Shown here: positions 21,683 to 32,337 of the stretch, piece after piece
Layout: every line of letters starts with the position of its first letter
Numbering within the stretch: the first letter of the stretch is position 1
Origin: Clostridia bacterium
GTDB lineage: Bacteria; Bacillota; Clostridia; Christensenellales; CAG-314
Length of the DNA stretch: 64,000 nt
Reading direction: 5' to 3'
Assembly (NCBI GenBank): GCA_036654455.1
Contig: JAVVRZ010000002.1
Coordinates: 264,332 to 328,331, forward strand
Notes under the pieces: model-generated
What the model was told of the DNA's origin: nothing
Database searches by the model: none
The model's input: the letters and a program-made list of their open reading frames with translations, nothing else
Position numbers and translations under genes: made by a program

Positions 21683-23401
21683 ATGAAATTAATTTTTAAT
21701 TATTTGAAACCTTTTAAGTGGAGGTTGTTCTTTACCTCCCTACTCTATGCGGTAATCACCGCCGTATCGTTAATACTGCCTTTTTTGATGTCAAAGATTG
21801 TAGATAACGGCATCGCAAAGATGGATATGCCTTATATCTATCAACAAGGCATAGCAATGCTTATAGTATCGCTTTTAGCCGTTGTCTCGGCTTTAATTAA
21901 CGCCAAGCTAAACGCTCATATAGGCGCATATTTTACCGCAAATTTACGCAAAGACGTTTTTAAGAAGGTCAATTCGCTGTCTGCGGAAGAATTTGCTTCT
22001 AAGGGAACTGCCACTTTGCTTACTCGTTCAACCGAAGATATTTGGATGCTTCAAGAAGCCTCGACAAATATGGTTTACGCTATTGTAGTCGCTCCAATGA
22101 TGTTTATCGGCGGTGTGGTTATGAGCTTTTTGAGCAACGTCGAACTGGCTTTAATTTTACTTGCAATTACCCCGATTATACTAACCGTAGTAGTTTTAAT
22201 AGGTCGCAAGATGACCAAGCTGTGGGACAAGGCAGACGAAAGCATGGATATGCAAAGTAAAGTTATGCGTGAGAGGCTTAACGGCATAAGAGTTATTCGT
22301 TCTTTTGACAAGGAAGAGAACGAACATCAAAGAGTAGCCGGCGCAACTCGTGAGATGTCACGCAACATTATTAAGAGCAATATTTTGTCAAGCCTAATCA
22401 ACCCCGTCACCCAAGTGTTATTTAACATAGTTACCGTATGTATTTTGTTTGTAGGGGCTATGAATATGGAAACAGACGCTAGCTTGACGGCTGGCAATGT
22501 AATAGCTACTATCCAATACGTATCGGTTGTAATTTTTGGTTTGCTTGCCGTAAGCTTTACGATTATGTTTTTGCCTTCGGTACTTGTTTCGGCAAAACGT
22601 GTTCAAGAAGTCTTTAATTTGAAAGGTATTGAGATGGGCGAAAGCAGTAAGGAAGTTCTTAAAGGCTCTATTAAATTTAACGACGTTGATTTCTACTACC
22701 CCGACAGCCAAGTCGCATCGCTAAGCAATATAAGTTTTGACATAGCCGAAGGCGAGATAGTCGGCATTATCGGCGGTACGGGTAGCGGAAAAACTACGCT
22801 AATGAAATTACTTCTCAATTTCTATACCCCTCAAAAAGGCGAAGTTTATCTTGGGCAAAAGAATATGAAGGAACTTAGCCGTGCTACCGTAAGGGACAAT
22901 ATTTCAATAGCGCTACAAAAAGCTATGATTTTTCAAGGCACAATCGCCGAGAACGTTCGTATGGGCAACGCTTCTTCAAGCGACGAATTAGTACAACAAA
23001 TTTGCTCCATTGCGCAAATGAACGAGATTATTTCTATTAAAGAAGGCGGACTAGACTATACTTTAACCCAAGCCGGTTCTAACCTTTCGGGCGGACAGAA
23101 ACAGCGTATAAGCATAGCTCGTTCAATTTTGAAACAAGCTTCGGTTTATGTTTTTGACGACAGTTTTTCGGCGCTTGACTTTCTAACCGAGAGCAAACTA
23201 AGAAAAAGTCTAAACAAATATTTAGATGGCAAAACTCAAATTATCATAACTCAACGTGCGGCGACGGCTATGCGTTGCGACAAGATAATTGTGCTTGACC
23301 AAGGCGTGATGGTAGGTTGTGGCAATCATAAAGCTTTACTCAAAGACTGCGAGATTTATAAAGAGATTTACAAATCTCAATTAGGAGGGAAAAATGAGTA
23401 A
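21683..23401 (+). CDS. ABC transporter, fused permease/ATP-binding subunit (exporter type), first of a heterodimeric pair
   Basis: 572 aa with an N-terminal 6-TM domain, Walker A GGTGSGKTT, signature LSGGQKQR, Walker B VYVFDD. Confidence 0.88.
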   Translation: MKLIFNYLKPFKWRLFFTSLLYAVITAVSLILPFLMSKIVDNGIAKMDMPYIYQQGIAMLIVSLLAVVSALINAKLNAHIGAYFTANLRKDVFKKVNSLSAEEFASKGTATLLTRSTEDIWMLQEASTNMVYAIVVAPMMFIGGVVMSFLSNVELALILLAITPIILTVVVLIGRKMTKLWDKADESMDMQSKVMRERLNGIRVIRSFDKEENEHQRVAGATREMSRNIIKSNILSSLINPVTQVLFNIVTVCILFVGAMNMETDASLTAGNVIATIQYVSVVIFGLLAVSFTIMFLPSVLVSAKRVQEVFNLKGIEMGESSKEVLKGSIKFNDVDFYYPDSQVASLSNISFDIAEGEIVGIIGGTGSGKTTLMKLLLNFYTPQKGEVYLGQKNMKELSRATVRDNISIALQKAMIFQGTIAENVRMGNASSSDELVQQICSIAQMNEIISIKEGGLDYTLTQAGSNLSGGQKQRISIARSILKQASVYVFDDSFSALDFLTESKLRKSLNKYLDGKTQIIITQRAATAMRCDKIIVLDQGVMVGCGNHKALLKDCEIYKEIYKSQLGGKNE

Positions 23402-25196
23402 TACTACCGAAAATGTAAAAGATACTACAAAAGATATATTTAAAGAGAAACGTAGCAAGTTGCTACTCCGTATGATGCGTCACGCTAAACCAATTTTAGG
23501 GTGGTTGCTTTGTTCTGGTTTAATTTCGATAATTTCAGTTACACTAGGCATAATTGCGCCGTTGTTTACAAGAAATATTACCGACCAAATATTCTCGTTT
23601 TGGGCAGACCAAGTTCCTTTTAACTGGCAAGCTATGACGGCAAATTGTCTATATTTAGCTACGGTATATATTTTTAGTAACTTAGCAGGCGTTGCCAATA
23701 TGTTTATTATGAACAACGTAGTTAGCCGTTTTTATACTTGCGGAATAAGAATAGAGATATCGGCTAAGATTAAGCGTTTGCCTATTAGTTATATCGACCA
23801 AACCCCTAACGGCGAGATACTTTCTCGTCTAACAAGCGACGTAAGCCACATGGGTAGCACGGTTCACGCCGTAATCAATCTAGTAATTCAAGGCGTTATT
23901 CAAATAGTCGGCATAGCTATAATGATGTTTAGCATTAACTATATTTTAGCGCTTGTAGTTATGGCAATCGTACCGATATCGCTTGTAATTTCTTCAATTC
24001 TTGTCAACCGTAGCGAAAAGATGTATGGTAAAGTAAGAAAGACGTGGGGCAAACTCCACGCATTTATCGAAGAAGATTATACGGGCTTTGACACAATTAA
24101 AGCGTACAACTTAGAGGAAAGTCAGTTTAACAAGTTGTCTACAAATTGTAATATTATGCGTGACGATATGAAGACTGCAAATATTATTTCTTCAAGAGTT
24201 CAACCGATAATAGGCTTTACTAATAACATCGCCTTTGTAATCATTTGCGTTTTAGGCGGATATCTTGCGATTAACAAACAAATATCAGTCGGCGAAGTGG
24301 TCGCTATAATCGCTTACGCTAAATTATTCGCTTCTCCCCTAGAAAGTTTAGCGCAGAGCGTAAATATGCTACAACAGTCGTTTGCCTCGGCAAGGCGTGT
24401 CTACGACCTACTTGACCGAACCGAAATGGACGCTCCAACTAGCCAAGCCGTACCTAGCGGAAAGGGCGCAGTAGAATTTAAAAACGTATGTTTTTCTTAC
24501 GACAAAACTAAGCCACTTTTAACTAACCTTAATTTGTCGGTTAAGCCCGGACAAAAAGTAGCCATAGTAGGGCCTACCGGCGGAGGAAAAACTACAATAG
24601 TCAATTTGTTAATGCGTTTCTATGATTGCGACAGCGGTCAAATATTAATTGACGGGGTAGATACTCGAACAATTAGTAGGGAACAAGTTCGCCAACTTTT
24701 TGCAATGGTGCTACAAGATACCTGGTTATACAGCGGTACAATTTATGACAACATCGCTTACGCTAATACAAAAGCTACTCGTGAAGAAGTAATTAAGGCT
24801 GCCGGTTGCGCCCACATAGACCACTTTATCGATACGCTTCCGCAAGGTTACGACACATTGATAAATGAAGAAAGCACAAATATTTCTTCGGGGCAAAAGC
24901 AACTGCTTACAATAGCTAGGGCATATCTTGCCGACCGCAAGATGTTAATTCTTGACGAAGCTACAAGCAACGTCGACACACGCACAGAACTACTTATTCA
25001 ACAAACTATGGACAATCTCAGTAATGGAAAGACAAGTTTTGTAATAGCGCACCGTCTAAGCACGATTGTTGACGCCGACATTATTTTAGTAGTCAACAAC
25101 GGGCAAATTGTAGAAACAGGCACGCACGACGAACTAATGGAAAAGAATGGCTTTTATAGCGAGATTTACAACAGCCAATATGATTTGTTGAAGTAA
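23394..25196 (+). CDS. ABC transporter, fused permease/ATP-binding subunit, second of the pair
   Basis: 600 aa with Walker A GPTGGGKTT, signature SSGQKQL, Walker B LILDEATS. There is an 8-nt overlap with the upstream gene. Confidence 0.88.
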   Translation: MSNTTENVKDTTKDIFKEKRSKLLLRMMRHAKPILGWLLCSGLISIISVTLGIIAPLFTRNITDQIFSFWADQVPFNWQAMTANCLYLATVYIFSNLAGVANMFIMNNVVSRFYTCGIRIEISAKIKRLPISYIDQTPNGEILSRLTSDVSHMGSTVHAVINLVIQGVIQIVGIAIMMFSINYILALVVMAIVPISLVISSILVNRSEKMYGKVRKTWGKLHAFIEEDYTGFDTIKAYNLEESQFNKLSTNCNIMRDDMKTANIISSRVQPIIGFTNNIAFVIICVLGGYLAINKQISVGEVVAIIAYAKLFASPLESLAQSVNMLQQSFASARRVYDLLDRTEMDAPTSQAVPSGKGAVEFKNVCFSYDKTKPLLTNLNLSVKPGQKVAIVGPTGGGKTTIVNLLMRFYDCDSGQILIDGVDTRTISREQVRQLFAMVLQDTWLYSGTIYDNIAYANTKATREEVIKAAGCAHIDHFIDTLPQGYDTLINEESTNISSGQKQLLTIARAYLADRKMLILDEATSNVDTRTELLIQQTMDNLSNGKTSFVIAHRLSTIVDADIILVVNNGQIVETGTHDELMEKNGFYSEIYNSQYDLLK

Positions 25197-25221
25197 CTAT
25201 TTTGTAATTTTATAAATTGTT

Positions 25222-25260
25222 AAGACGAATTTATTAATTTTTAAATTCGTCTTTATTTTT
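25222..25260 (+). terminator. Rho-independent terminator
   Basis: AAGACGAATTTA (25222-25233) pairs with TAAATTCGTCTT (25242-25253), followed by a T-run. Confidence 0.7.
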
Positions 25261-25298
25261 TATCTTTTTTGTGGTAAACTAATCAATACGAGGTATAA

Positions 25299-26120
25299 AT
25301 GATTAAAGAAGTATTAAATAACCATAATTTTAAGTTTAACAAACAGTTCGGGCAGAATTTCATAACCGACACTAATTTGCTTGACGCTATCGCTTGCGAC
25401 GCTAAGTTAAGTTGCGACGACACTTGTTTAGAAATAGGCGCAGGCGCAGGCACGCTCACTAACGTACTTGCAGGCAAATGCAAGAGGGTTATTTCTTACG
25501 AAATTGACAGAAATTTAAAGCCGATATTGCTTGAAACGGTGACTTGCCCAAATGTTGAGTTTGAGTTTTTAGATATTATGAAACAACCAATTTCGGCGCT
25601 CGACCAGAAGATAGGTTGCCCGTATAGGGTAGTTGCCAACTTGCCATATTATCTAACAAGTCCGCTAATTACAAGTTTTATCGAACAATCTAAGCTCGCT
25701 AAGTCGCTTACCGTAATGGTTCAACAAGAAGTCGCCGATAGATTAACGGCTATAAACGATACTAAACAATACGGCGCTTTAACGGTGTGCGTTCAGTCGG
25801 TAGCCGACGTAAGTTTAACTAGACGAGTTTCACGCAATATGTTTTTTCCTTCGCCTAACGTAGATAGCGCAGTAGTCAACATTACAATTAATAGAGATAA
25901 ATTTAGTATACTCGATTTACAGTTGTTTAAAAAGGTCTACAAGTCGGCTTTTGCAATGAGAAGAAAGACGCTTGAAAATAATCTTGCGTTAAGCTTTAAA
26001 CTTAGCAAAGACATTTGCCAACAGTTATTTGTCAAGTTAGGGCTAAATCCTTTGGTGAGGGGCGAGGTGTTGAGCATAGCTCAGCTTGTAGAATTATCCA
26101 ATTTGATATTTAAACTATAA
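25299..26120 (+). CDS. rsmA: 16S rRNA (adenine1518/1519-N6)-dimethyltransferase
   Basis: 273 aa with motifs FGQNFITD and EIGAGAGTLT. SD GAGGT. Confidence 0.9.
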   Translation: MIKEVLNNHNFKFNKQFGQNFITDTNLLDAIACDAKLSCDDTCLEIGAGAGTLTNVLAGKCKRVISYEIDRNLKPILLETVTCPNVEFEFLDIMKQPISALDQKIGCPYRVVANLPYYLTSPLITSFIEQSKLAKSLTVMVQQEVADRLTAINDTKQYGALTVCVQSVADVSLTRRVSRNMFFPSPNVDSAVVNITINRDKFSILDLQLFKKVYKSAFAMRRKTLENNLALSFKLSKDICQQLFVKLGLNPLVRGEVLSIAQLVELSNLIFKL

Positions 26121-26200
26121 ATATTTATGCAAACTACTATTAATTAGTCTAATAGTTTGCTATAATTAAATTAAACATTAATATATACGGAGGTAAAAAT

Positions 26201-28120
26201 ATGAGCGAAGCAGTACTAGAACAAGACTTAGGCGAAATTGAAGTCACTCGTCGAAAAACCTTTAACCGAAACAAATGGTTGTTTTCAATCGGTGGTATCG
26301 GCAGAGATATGGCCTATACTTTAATTGCGAGCTTTTTGCTTGCATACATACAGTTTGGTATTCCTTTAACGCTTGCGCAATTTACCACAATTAGCCTTGC
26401 AATAGGCGTTGGCGGTAGAGTTTGGGACGCAATCAACGACCCGATGATGGGCGCAATTATCGAAGGCACGCACATGAAATGGGGTAAGTTTAAGCCTTGG
26501 ATATTAATCGGCGCAGTATCTTGCGGTTTAGTTATTATTTTAATGTTTAACGTTCAATCGCTTACCGGGTGGAGTTTTGTAGCCTTTATGATATTTGCGT
26601 ATTTATTGTGGGAGTCTACTTTTACAATGAACGACATAGGCTACTGGGCAATGCTACCTAGCTTATCTAGCGTCAACAAGGAACGTAACAACGTAACTAC
26701 TCTTACCGTACTTTTTGCAGGTTTGGGCGCAATCATAGCGCAAGGGCTTATACCTACGCTTGCAACCGGCAACGTACTTAAAGCTTACGGCGTATTGTCG
26801 ATAGTAGTCGCCGTCGCCTTTATAGGTTTTCAAATTATGACGGCGTTTGGCGTAAAAGAACAACCTCGTCCCGAGGGGCTTAAACAAGAAAAAGTTTCTC
26901 TCAAAAAGATGTGGCAAGTTATCAAGAAGAACGACCAAATTCTTTGGATGACGCTGTCAATGTTGTTCTACAACATCGGTTCGGCTCTACTTGTAGCGCT
27001 TGCGCTCAACCTTCTTTATTTAGAGGTTGGTTACGCAGGTGCAAACTATTTTATAATAGTAGCAGTTTATGGCGTAACAAGCGTAGTAATCAACATTATC
27101 TATCCTTTGCTCGCTAACCGAATAGGCAGAAAGAAGATACAATTTTTAAGTATAATGGTAGCCATAATCGGTTATATCGCAATAGGTTGTATGGGCTGGG
27201 GCGGTTCGTTTAACATAATTGCGTTAGGCGCAATTTGCGTGTTAATTTCAGCCGGTCAATCGTTATTTTACATGTCAAGCATAATTAATATGACTAACTG
27301 CGTAGAGTATAACGACTACATTTCGGGCGAACGCAACGAAGCCGTAGTGTCGACTTTGCGTCCATTTATGGCTAAATTTGCAAGCGCTTTACAATTTGGT
27401 ATTACCACGCTTGCCTTAATTATTAGCGGTATATTTATTCTTTCTCAATCAATCTCAATGGTTGAAACGCAGAAGAATATGTTTGGCAAGATGGACTTAA
27501 TTAATCAAACCAAATATATTGAGATTACGCAAGATTATCTCGACGACTTGAAAGCTCTCGAAGAAGGTTCAACCGAATATAATAATATGGTTATTACCAT
27601 AAACGAGAGAATTCTTGCCGACAAACTTATGAGCACGACTCAACTTGACGCTAACTATATCAATGTCGTAGGCGACGCAATTATAATTAGACATACTTAT
27701 AATGTAAAGGGCGAGGAGCTTAAAGGCGACAACAATTTAGTAGCGTTAGGCAGGCTTAAAGATTTAACCGACGAACAGCTCGAAGAACGCCCAACAGGCG
27801 ACAATTATTTTGTCTACGAACTTAGCGTTGGCGATTATATGAAGGACAATGTGTTAATAATGGAAGGCACAGCCGACATTCACTTTAAAGACAAGGGCAG
27901 TTTGACTACACGAATAGTTTTGCGTTTGTTTGTAAGCATAGTTCCCGTACTTTTCTTACTTATAGCTTGGATAATACAGAGCAAGAAATTTATAATCGAC
28001 GAACCTTATTATGACAAGATGTTAGTTGAAATTAATAGAAGACAAGCAGAACTTACTTCAAGCGAACAAGAAGTCGCAAACCAAGAAGTAGTAGAAGAAC
28101 AACCTAATCCTAAGGAATAA
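26201..28120 (+). CDS. Glycoside-pentoside-hexuronide (GPH) family cation symporter with a large insertion before the last TM
   Basis: 639 aa. GPH signature WDAINDPMMG. About 11 TMs, then a hydrophilic stretch of about 150 aa (aa 421-570), then one more TM and an acidic tail. Confidence 0.75.
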   Translation: MSEAVLEQDLGEIEVTRRKTFNRNKWLFSIGGIGRDMAYTLIASFLLAYIQFGIPLTLAQFTTISLAIGVGGRVWDAINDPMMGAIIEGTHMKWGKFKPWILIGAVSCGLVIILMFNVQSLTGWSFVAFMIFAYLLWESTFTMNDIGYWAMLPSLSSVNKERNNVTTLTVLFAGLGAIIAQGLIPTLATGNVLKAYGVLSIVVAVAFIGFQIMTAFGVKEQPRPEGLKQEKVSLKKMWQVIKKNDQILWMTLSMLFYNIGSALLVALALNLLYLEVGYAGANYFIIVAVYGVTSVVINIIYPLLANRIGRKKIQFLSIMVAIIGYIAIGCMGWGGSFNIIALGAICVLISAGQSLFYMSSIINMTNCVEYNDYISGERNEAVVSTLRPFMAKFASALQFGITTLALIISGIFILSQSISMVETQKNMFGKMDLINQTKYIEITQDYLDDLKALEEGSTEYNNMVITINERILADKLMSTTQLDANYINVVGDAIIIRHTYNVKGEELKGDNNLVALGRLKDLTDEQLEERPTGDNYFVYELSVGDYMKDNVLIMEGTADIHFKDKGSLTTRIVLRLFVSIVPVLFLLIAWIIQSKKFIIDEPYYDKMLVEINRRQAELTSSEQEVANQEVVEEQPNPKE

Positions 28121-28151
28121 ATAATATTTATTTAAATCTACATTAATTTTT

Positions 28152-28189
28152 AGCGGAGAAATTTTTAAGTTTCTCCGCTAATTTTTTTT
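28152..28189 (+). terminator. Rho-independent terminator
   Basis: AGCGGAGAA (28152-28160) pairs with TTCTCCGCT (28171-28179), followed by T8. Confidence 0.8.
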
Positions 28190-28348
28190 ATAACGCCTTG
28201 TTTATATTGTCGTATAGGTTAGTTTTGATGTGGTTTATTTTTGCTTAAACCTTACGCCTCTTAGCCAACTTTTTAATGTATATTTTATCTAAGCAAGACC
28301 TACTTTACAAATTTATTATTTTAACACAATAGAACTAATCAACTTTAT

Positions 28349-30013
28349 TTATAATGATTTAAGTATTTCTTCCCTTTGTCGTTCATAGTCGGGGCTATCT
28401 TTATTTGACAATAATTCTACTATTTTTTGTTGTTTTTCTCGGTTGAGTTTAAATTTGCTAGCTATAATTATTCCAAAGATAATTATAATTAGCGGAATTA
28501 TTACAATGGTAAGTAGTAGAGCAACTTGCGCCGAATGTTGTTGAATCAAGGGGCTAAGCTGTACGTTTCCGCCAGAAATTATCACACGGAAATTGTCAAG
28601 CGCCATACCTAGTTTTTCTACCGCAAGAAGGTCGTTTGTAAGGTAGCTATTGTACTCTGCAAGCGTTACGTATTGCGTCGGCGTATATTTACATAGTCCA
28701 AGCGCAATAGGCGGTAGAGCTAGCCCAAGCGCCTGCGCAACGGTATTGAGAAAGTTTGTAAGCCCCGAGAAACTCCCCTCGGTGCGCTTACCAAAACATA
28801 ATTCGCCTACGTTGCACACGTCGCCGAAAGAAGAATGAGGCACAAATACGCAAGCGCCCAGCCCATAACCAATGCAAAATGCAAGTATCATAATGACTAA
28901 GTCGCTTGCGCCCGACACGCTGGTAAAGTGGTAATTAATGCCACCGCTATTGTTTATTGTTTGCGTAACCGTAGGGGCAAGACTTTCAGTAGGCAGTAAT
29001 AGTAGCGACAACGTAAAGGTCGCCCAAATAATCGCACCAACTATATAAGTCGTTCTCTTGCCAAATCTCTTAATTAACATAAGGTTAACGGGTAAAGCGA
29101 TTATTTGCGATAGAAACATTATAACCGCCGAAATTGTTGCGATAGGGAATCTACTTGCCGTATCTAATGCGCCAAGCGTTTGCGAAGTAATTGCATAATA
29201 AGTATATTTTCTTAAATAGAAGTCGCAAAACACAAAGAAGAAACTACTCATTACCGCCATAGCCATACTCGTACACATTTGCATACCCAAATATTGACGG
29301 TAAGTCTTTAATTTTAGAGGTTTAAAAAATTCTTTTAAGCTTAATTTTTGTTTAACGGGCAAAGTGCGGACTTGTTCTTTGGCAAATAAAGCCGTTACAA
29401 TTACCGATACGGCAAAGATTGCGCCAAAAATTATAGCCATATAGATATAGCCAAGACCATTGTCCGCCTTGCTAGGCGAAGCTATCATACTAGGGACGGC
29501 TACGCAAATTAGCGAACTAAGTATAGAAAAGGCTATTCTAACCGCATTTACCTTGTTGCGTTGGTTGTAATCGTCGGTCATTTCGCTACCAAGCGAAAAA
29601 TATGGTATAAGAATAAATGATTGAGCCGTAGAGTATAGCATATATACAACAATGACAAATATAATTTTTACCAGTTGACTTGTAAACAGCATATTCCAGG
29701 GGAAAAAGAGCAGTACAAAGGCTACAAACATTATAGGGGCGGATATTAGCATAAAGAAGCGTCTTTTTCCAAATTTGCTATTTGAGTTTCTTGCGTCGGT
29801 TATTTTGCCGATAAAGGGGTCAATCAACCCGTCCCAAAATTTTGAAATAAACAATATAGGGCTTACAAATAAGGGGTTGATGCCTACTACGAGGGTAAGA
29901 AAGGGGAAAAATAAGAAATTTATTATGTTGAAACTTCCTCCGCCAAATATATCGGCGGAAGCAAACGCAAGTTTTTGACCAAGAGATACCTTTGCAGTTT
30001 GAGATTGCCCCAT
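28349..30013 (-). CDS. GPH/MFS_2 family transporter
   Basis: 554 aa counted from the ATG at 30013, which is preceded by SD AAGGAG. The ORF-track start at 30076 has no RBS. Signature WDGLIDPFIG; multiple TMs. Confidence 0.75.
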   Translation of the reverse strand: MGQSQTAKVSLGQKLAFASADIFGGGSFNIINFLFFPFLTLVVGINPLFVSPILFISKFWDGLIDPFIGKITDARNSNSKFGKRRFFMLISAPIMFVAFVLLFFPWNMLFTSQLVKIIFVIVVYMLYSTAQSFILIPYFSLGSEMTDDYNQRNKVNAVRIAFSILSSLICVAVPSMIASPSKADNGLGYIYMAIIFGAIFAVSVIVTALFAKEQVRTLPVKQKLSLKEFFKPLKLKTYRQYLGMQMCTSMAMAVMSSFFFVFCDFYLRKYTYYAITSQTLGALDTASRFPIATISAVIMFLSQIIALPVNLMLIKRFGKRTTYIVGAIIWATFTLSLLLLPTESLAPTVTQTINNSGGINYHFTSVSGASDLVIMILAFCIGYGLGACVFVPHSSFGDVCNVGELCFGKRTEGSFSGLTNFLNTVAQALGLALPPIALGLCKYTPTQYVTLAEYNSYLTNDLLAVEKLGMALDNFRVIISGGNVQLSPLIQQHSAQVALLLTIVIIPLIIIIFGIIIASKFKLNREKQQKIVELLSNKDSPDYERQREEILKSL

Positions 30014-30177
30014 TTTTTCTCCTTGTTGACGCAAATATAATATTTTTAACGATTGATATTTTTTGTCAGCGAACAATTATAAGTGTTATATTGATAATTT
30101 TATCTTGTTGATTAATGTGTAGGCGTTTTTCGCTAGCGTAATTTTAGGCAAATAAGCTTTAAGTTGTTTTGATTAAT

Positions 30178-30220
30178 AAGAAAAAGTCCTAAGTAACACC
30201 TTTGACTATTAGCTTAGGAC
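30178..30220 (-). terminator. Terminator-like hairpin downstream of ychF
   Basis: GTCCTAAG (30186-30193) pairs with CTTAGGAC (30213-30220). The loop is 19 nt. On the minus strand it is followed by UUUUUCUU. Confidence 0.4.
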
Positions 30221-30230
30221 GAATATACGC

Positions 30231-31313
30231 TTATACGTTAAACCTAAATAAGACGACGTCGCCATCTTTTATCACGTAGTCCTTGCCCTCGCTACGAACT
30301 TTGCCTTGCTCCCTTGCGTTATTGTAATTGCCACAATCTAGCAAGGTTTGATACGGGACAATTTCAGCTCGAATAAAGCCTTTTTCAAAGTCGGTGTGAA
30401 TTTTGCCTGCGGCTTGCGGAGCTTTCGTACCTTCTTCGATAGTCCACGCTCTTGTTTCTTTTTCGCCTGCCGTAAGGTAAGATATTAGCCCAAGCAATTT
30501 ATATGACTTTTCGATTAGCCTTTCAAGACCCCCCTTAGTTATGCCATAACTTTCAAGAAACATTTCTCGTTCTTCCTTGCTAAGGTGTTGCAATTCTTCT
30601 TCAACTTTTGCGCATAGCGTTATAACTTCTTCGCCGTCTACGCTTGCTTTAAGTTGGTCTACTAGCGGACAATCTTGTCCTAAGTCGTCTTCGCCTATAT
30701 TTGCGACATATATTACCGGCTTTGCAGTAAGAAGTAACAAATCTTGCGATATTTCTTTTTCTTGTTCGTCAAGGTCAAGAGTACGAGCAAGTTTGCCTTG
30801 CGTTAAGTGGTCGAGCAACTTCTGGTAGGTTTCTATCATTTGTTGATATTTCTTTTCGCCCGACTTTGCCATTACTTTGGCTTTGTCTAACCTAGAATTT
30901 AGCGTGTCGATGTCGGCAAATATTAGTTCGAGGTTGATTGTTTCTACATCGCTACTAGGGTTGACGACGGCGTCAACGTGAACTACGTTAGGGTCGTTAA
31001 AACATCTTACTACGTGAACGATAGCGTCGACTTCTCTAATATGGGACAAGAATTTGTTGCCTAGCCCTTCGCCCTTGCTTGCGCCCTTGACTAGCCCGGC
31101 TATATCTACAAATTTAACCGTAGCGGGCGTAATTTTTTTACTTGCGTAAAGGTTTGCTAATTTATCTAGTCTTTCGTCGGGGACGGCGACTACGCCTACG
31201 TTTGCCTCGATTGTGCAGAATGGATAGTTTGCGCATTCTGCCCCCGCCTTAGTTATGGCGTTAAATAGTGTGCTTTTACCTACGTTAGGTAGCCCAACAA
31301 CCCCTAATTTCAT
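30231..31313 (-). CDS. ychF: Ribosome-binding ATPase YchF
   Basis: The protein starts [19 protein letters not shown] at the ATG at 31313, with GGAG 9 nt upstream. The ORF-track start at 31328 is a TTG. A C-terminal TGS-like domain is present. Confidence 0.9.
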   Translation of the reverse strand: MKLGVVGLPNVGKSTLFNAITKAGAECANYPFCTIEANVGVVAVPDERLDKLANLYASKKITPATVKFVDIAGLVKGASKGEGLGNKFLSHIREVDAIVHVVRCFNDPNVVHVDAVVNPSSDVETINLELIFADIDTLNSRLDKAKVMAKSGEKKYQQMIETYQKLLDHLTQGKLARTLDLDEQEKEISQDLLLLTAKPVIYVANIGEDDLGQDCPLVDQLKASVDGEEVITLCAKVEEELQHLSKEEREMFLESYGITKGGLERLIEKSYKLLGLISYLTAGEKETRAWTIEEGTKAPQAAGKIHTDFEKGFIRAEIVPYQTLLDCGNYNNAREQGKVRSEGKDYVIKDGDVVLFRFNV

Positions 31314-31416
31314 TTTTACGTTCTCCAATTAATAAATATTGTTCTAAAAAAATTGCTTTTGTGTTATAATTATACAGTAGATTTCTAGGTTTGTAAATAT
31401 AAAGGGGTGAAAAATA

Positions 31417-32169
31417 ATGAATATTTGGGAGAGCGTATTTTTAGGCGCTTTACAAGGGTTAACCGAATTTTTGCCAATTTCTTCTAGCGGACATTTAATA
31501 CTTGCCGGACAATTATTTAATATTCCAAATGATTTATTTTTTAACGTTTTTTTGCACGTGGGGACTTTGCTTTCGGTAGTTATTATTTTACGCAAGAAGA
31601 TTTTTTTATTGTTTACTAAGGCGTATAGAAAGGTCTTTCTTATGTTGGTTTTAGCCACTATTCCTACTGTTGCCATAGCTTTGCTTGTAAAGATATTCGT
31701 ACCCGAAGAAATTTTAGACTCTCTACTGCCGATAGGCTTTGCGCTTACCATATTTGTTTTGCTGGCAAACCACTTTTTTTCTAAGGGCGATTTACCGTTA
31801 GAGAGTAGATTTTTGCCTCCAATTATTACCGGCGTTGTGCAGGGAATAGCCGTTTTGCCCGGTCTATCTCGTAGCGGTAGCACCATAGCCACGCTTTCGT
31901 TGTTTGGGGTAAATAGGGTTCAAGCCGTAGATTTTAGTTTTTTAATGTCTATTCCAATTATTTGCGGTTCTGCGCTTGTCGAAGGGTACGAAGCTATTAA
32001 GACTCCGGTTGACGTCAGTTGGTATTGCGTTGTAATCGGTATTGTAGTCGCTTTTCTTGTAGGTTGCCTGTCTATAAGGGTAGTAAGTAAGCTTGCTTCT
32101 ACTAAGAAACTTGTATATTTTGCAATTTATTTAGTTCTACCGCTTATTACAAGTTTAATATTGCTGTAA
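31417..32169 (+). CDS. uppP: Undecaprenyl-diphosphate phosphatase
   Basis: 250 aa with motifs GLTEFLPISSSGHL and PGLSRSG; polytopic membrane protein. Confidence 0.9.
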   Translation: MNIWESVFLGALQGLTEFLPISSSGHLILAGQLFNIPNDLFFNVFLHVGTLLSVVIILRKKIFLLFTKAYRKVFLMLVLATIPTVAIALLVKIFVPEEILDSLLPIGFALTIFVLLANHFFSKGDLPLESRFLPPIITGVVQGIAVLPGLSRSGSTIATLSLFGVNRVQAVDFSFLMSIPIICGSALVEGYEAIKTPVDVSWYCVVIGIVVAFLVGCLSIRVVSKLASTKKLVYFAIYLVLPLITSLILL

Positions 32170-32183
32170 TTTTTAAATAAGTT

Positions 32184-32216
32184 AAAGGGCTTAAAATTAG
32201 TTTTAAGCCCTTTTTT
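32184..32216. terminator. Rho-independent terminator between convergent genes
   Basis: AAAGGGCTTAAAA (32184-32196) pairs with TTTTAAGCCCTTT (32201-32213), followed by a T-run. Confidence 0.75.
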
Positions 32217-32337
32217 AGTTAAAGAATTAAGTTTTGCGTAACTAACAATAAATATAACTAACAATAAATATATCAAAAAATAAATATAATTTTTAACAAT
32301 AATTTTTATTTAACAAAGAGAACATTTTTTGTTCTTG

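Noticed and set aside
31344-31892. 182-aa minus-strand ORF
   Set aside because: It is entirely antisense to the well-supported uppP gene and has no RBS or family signal.
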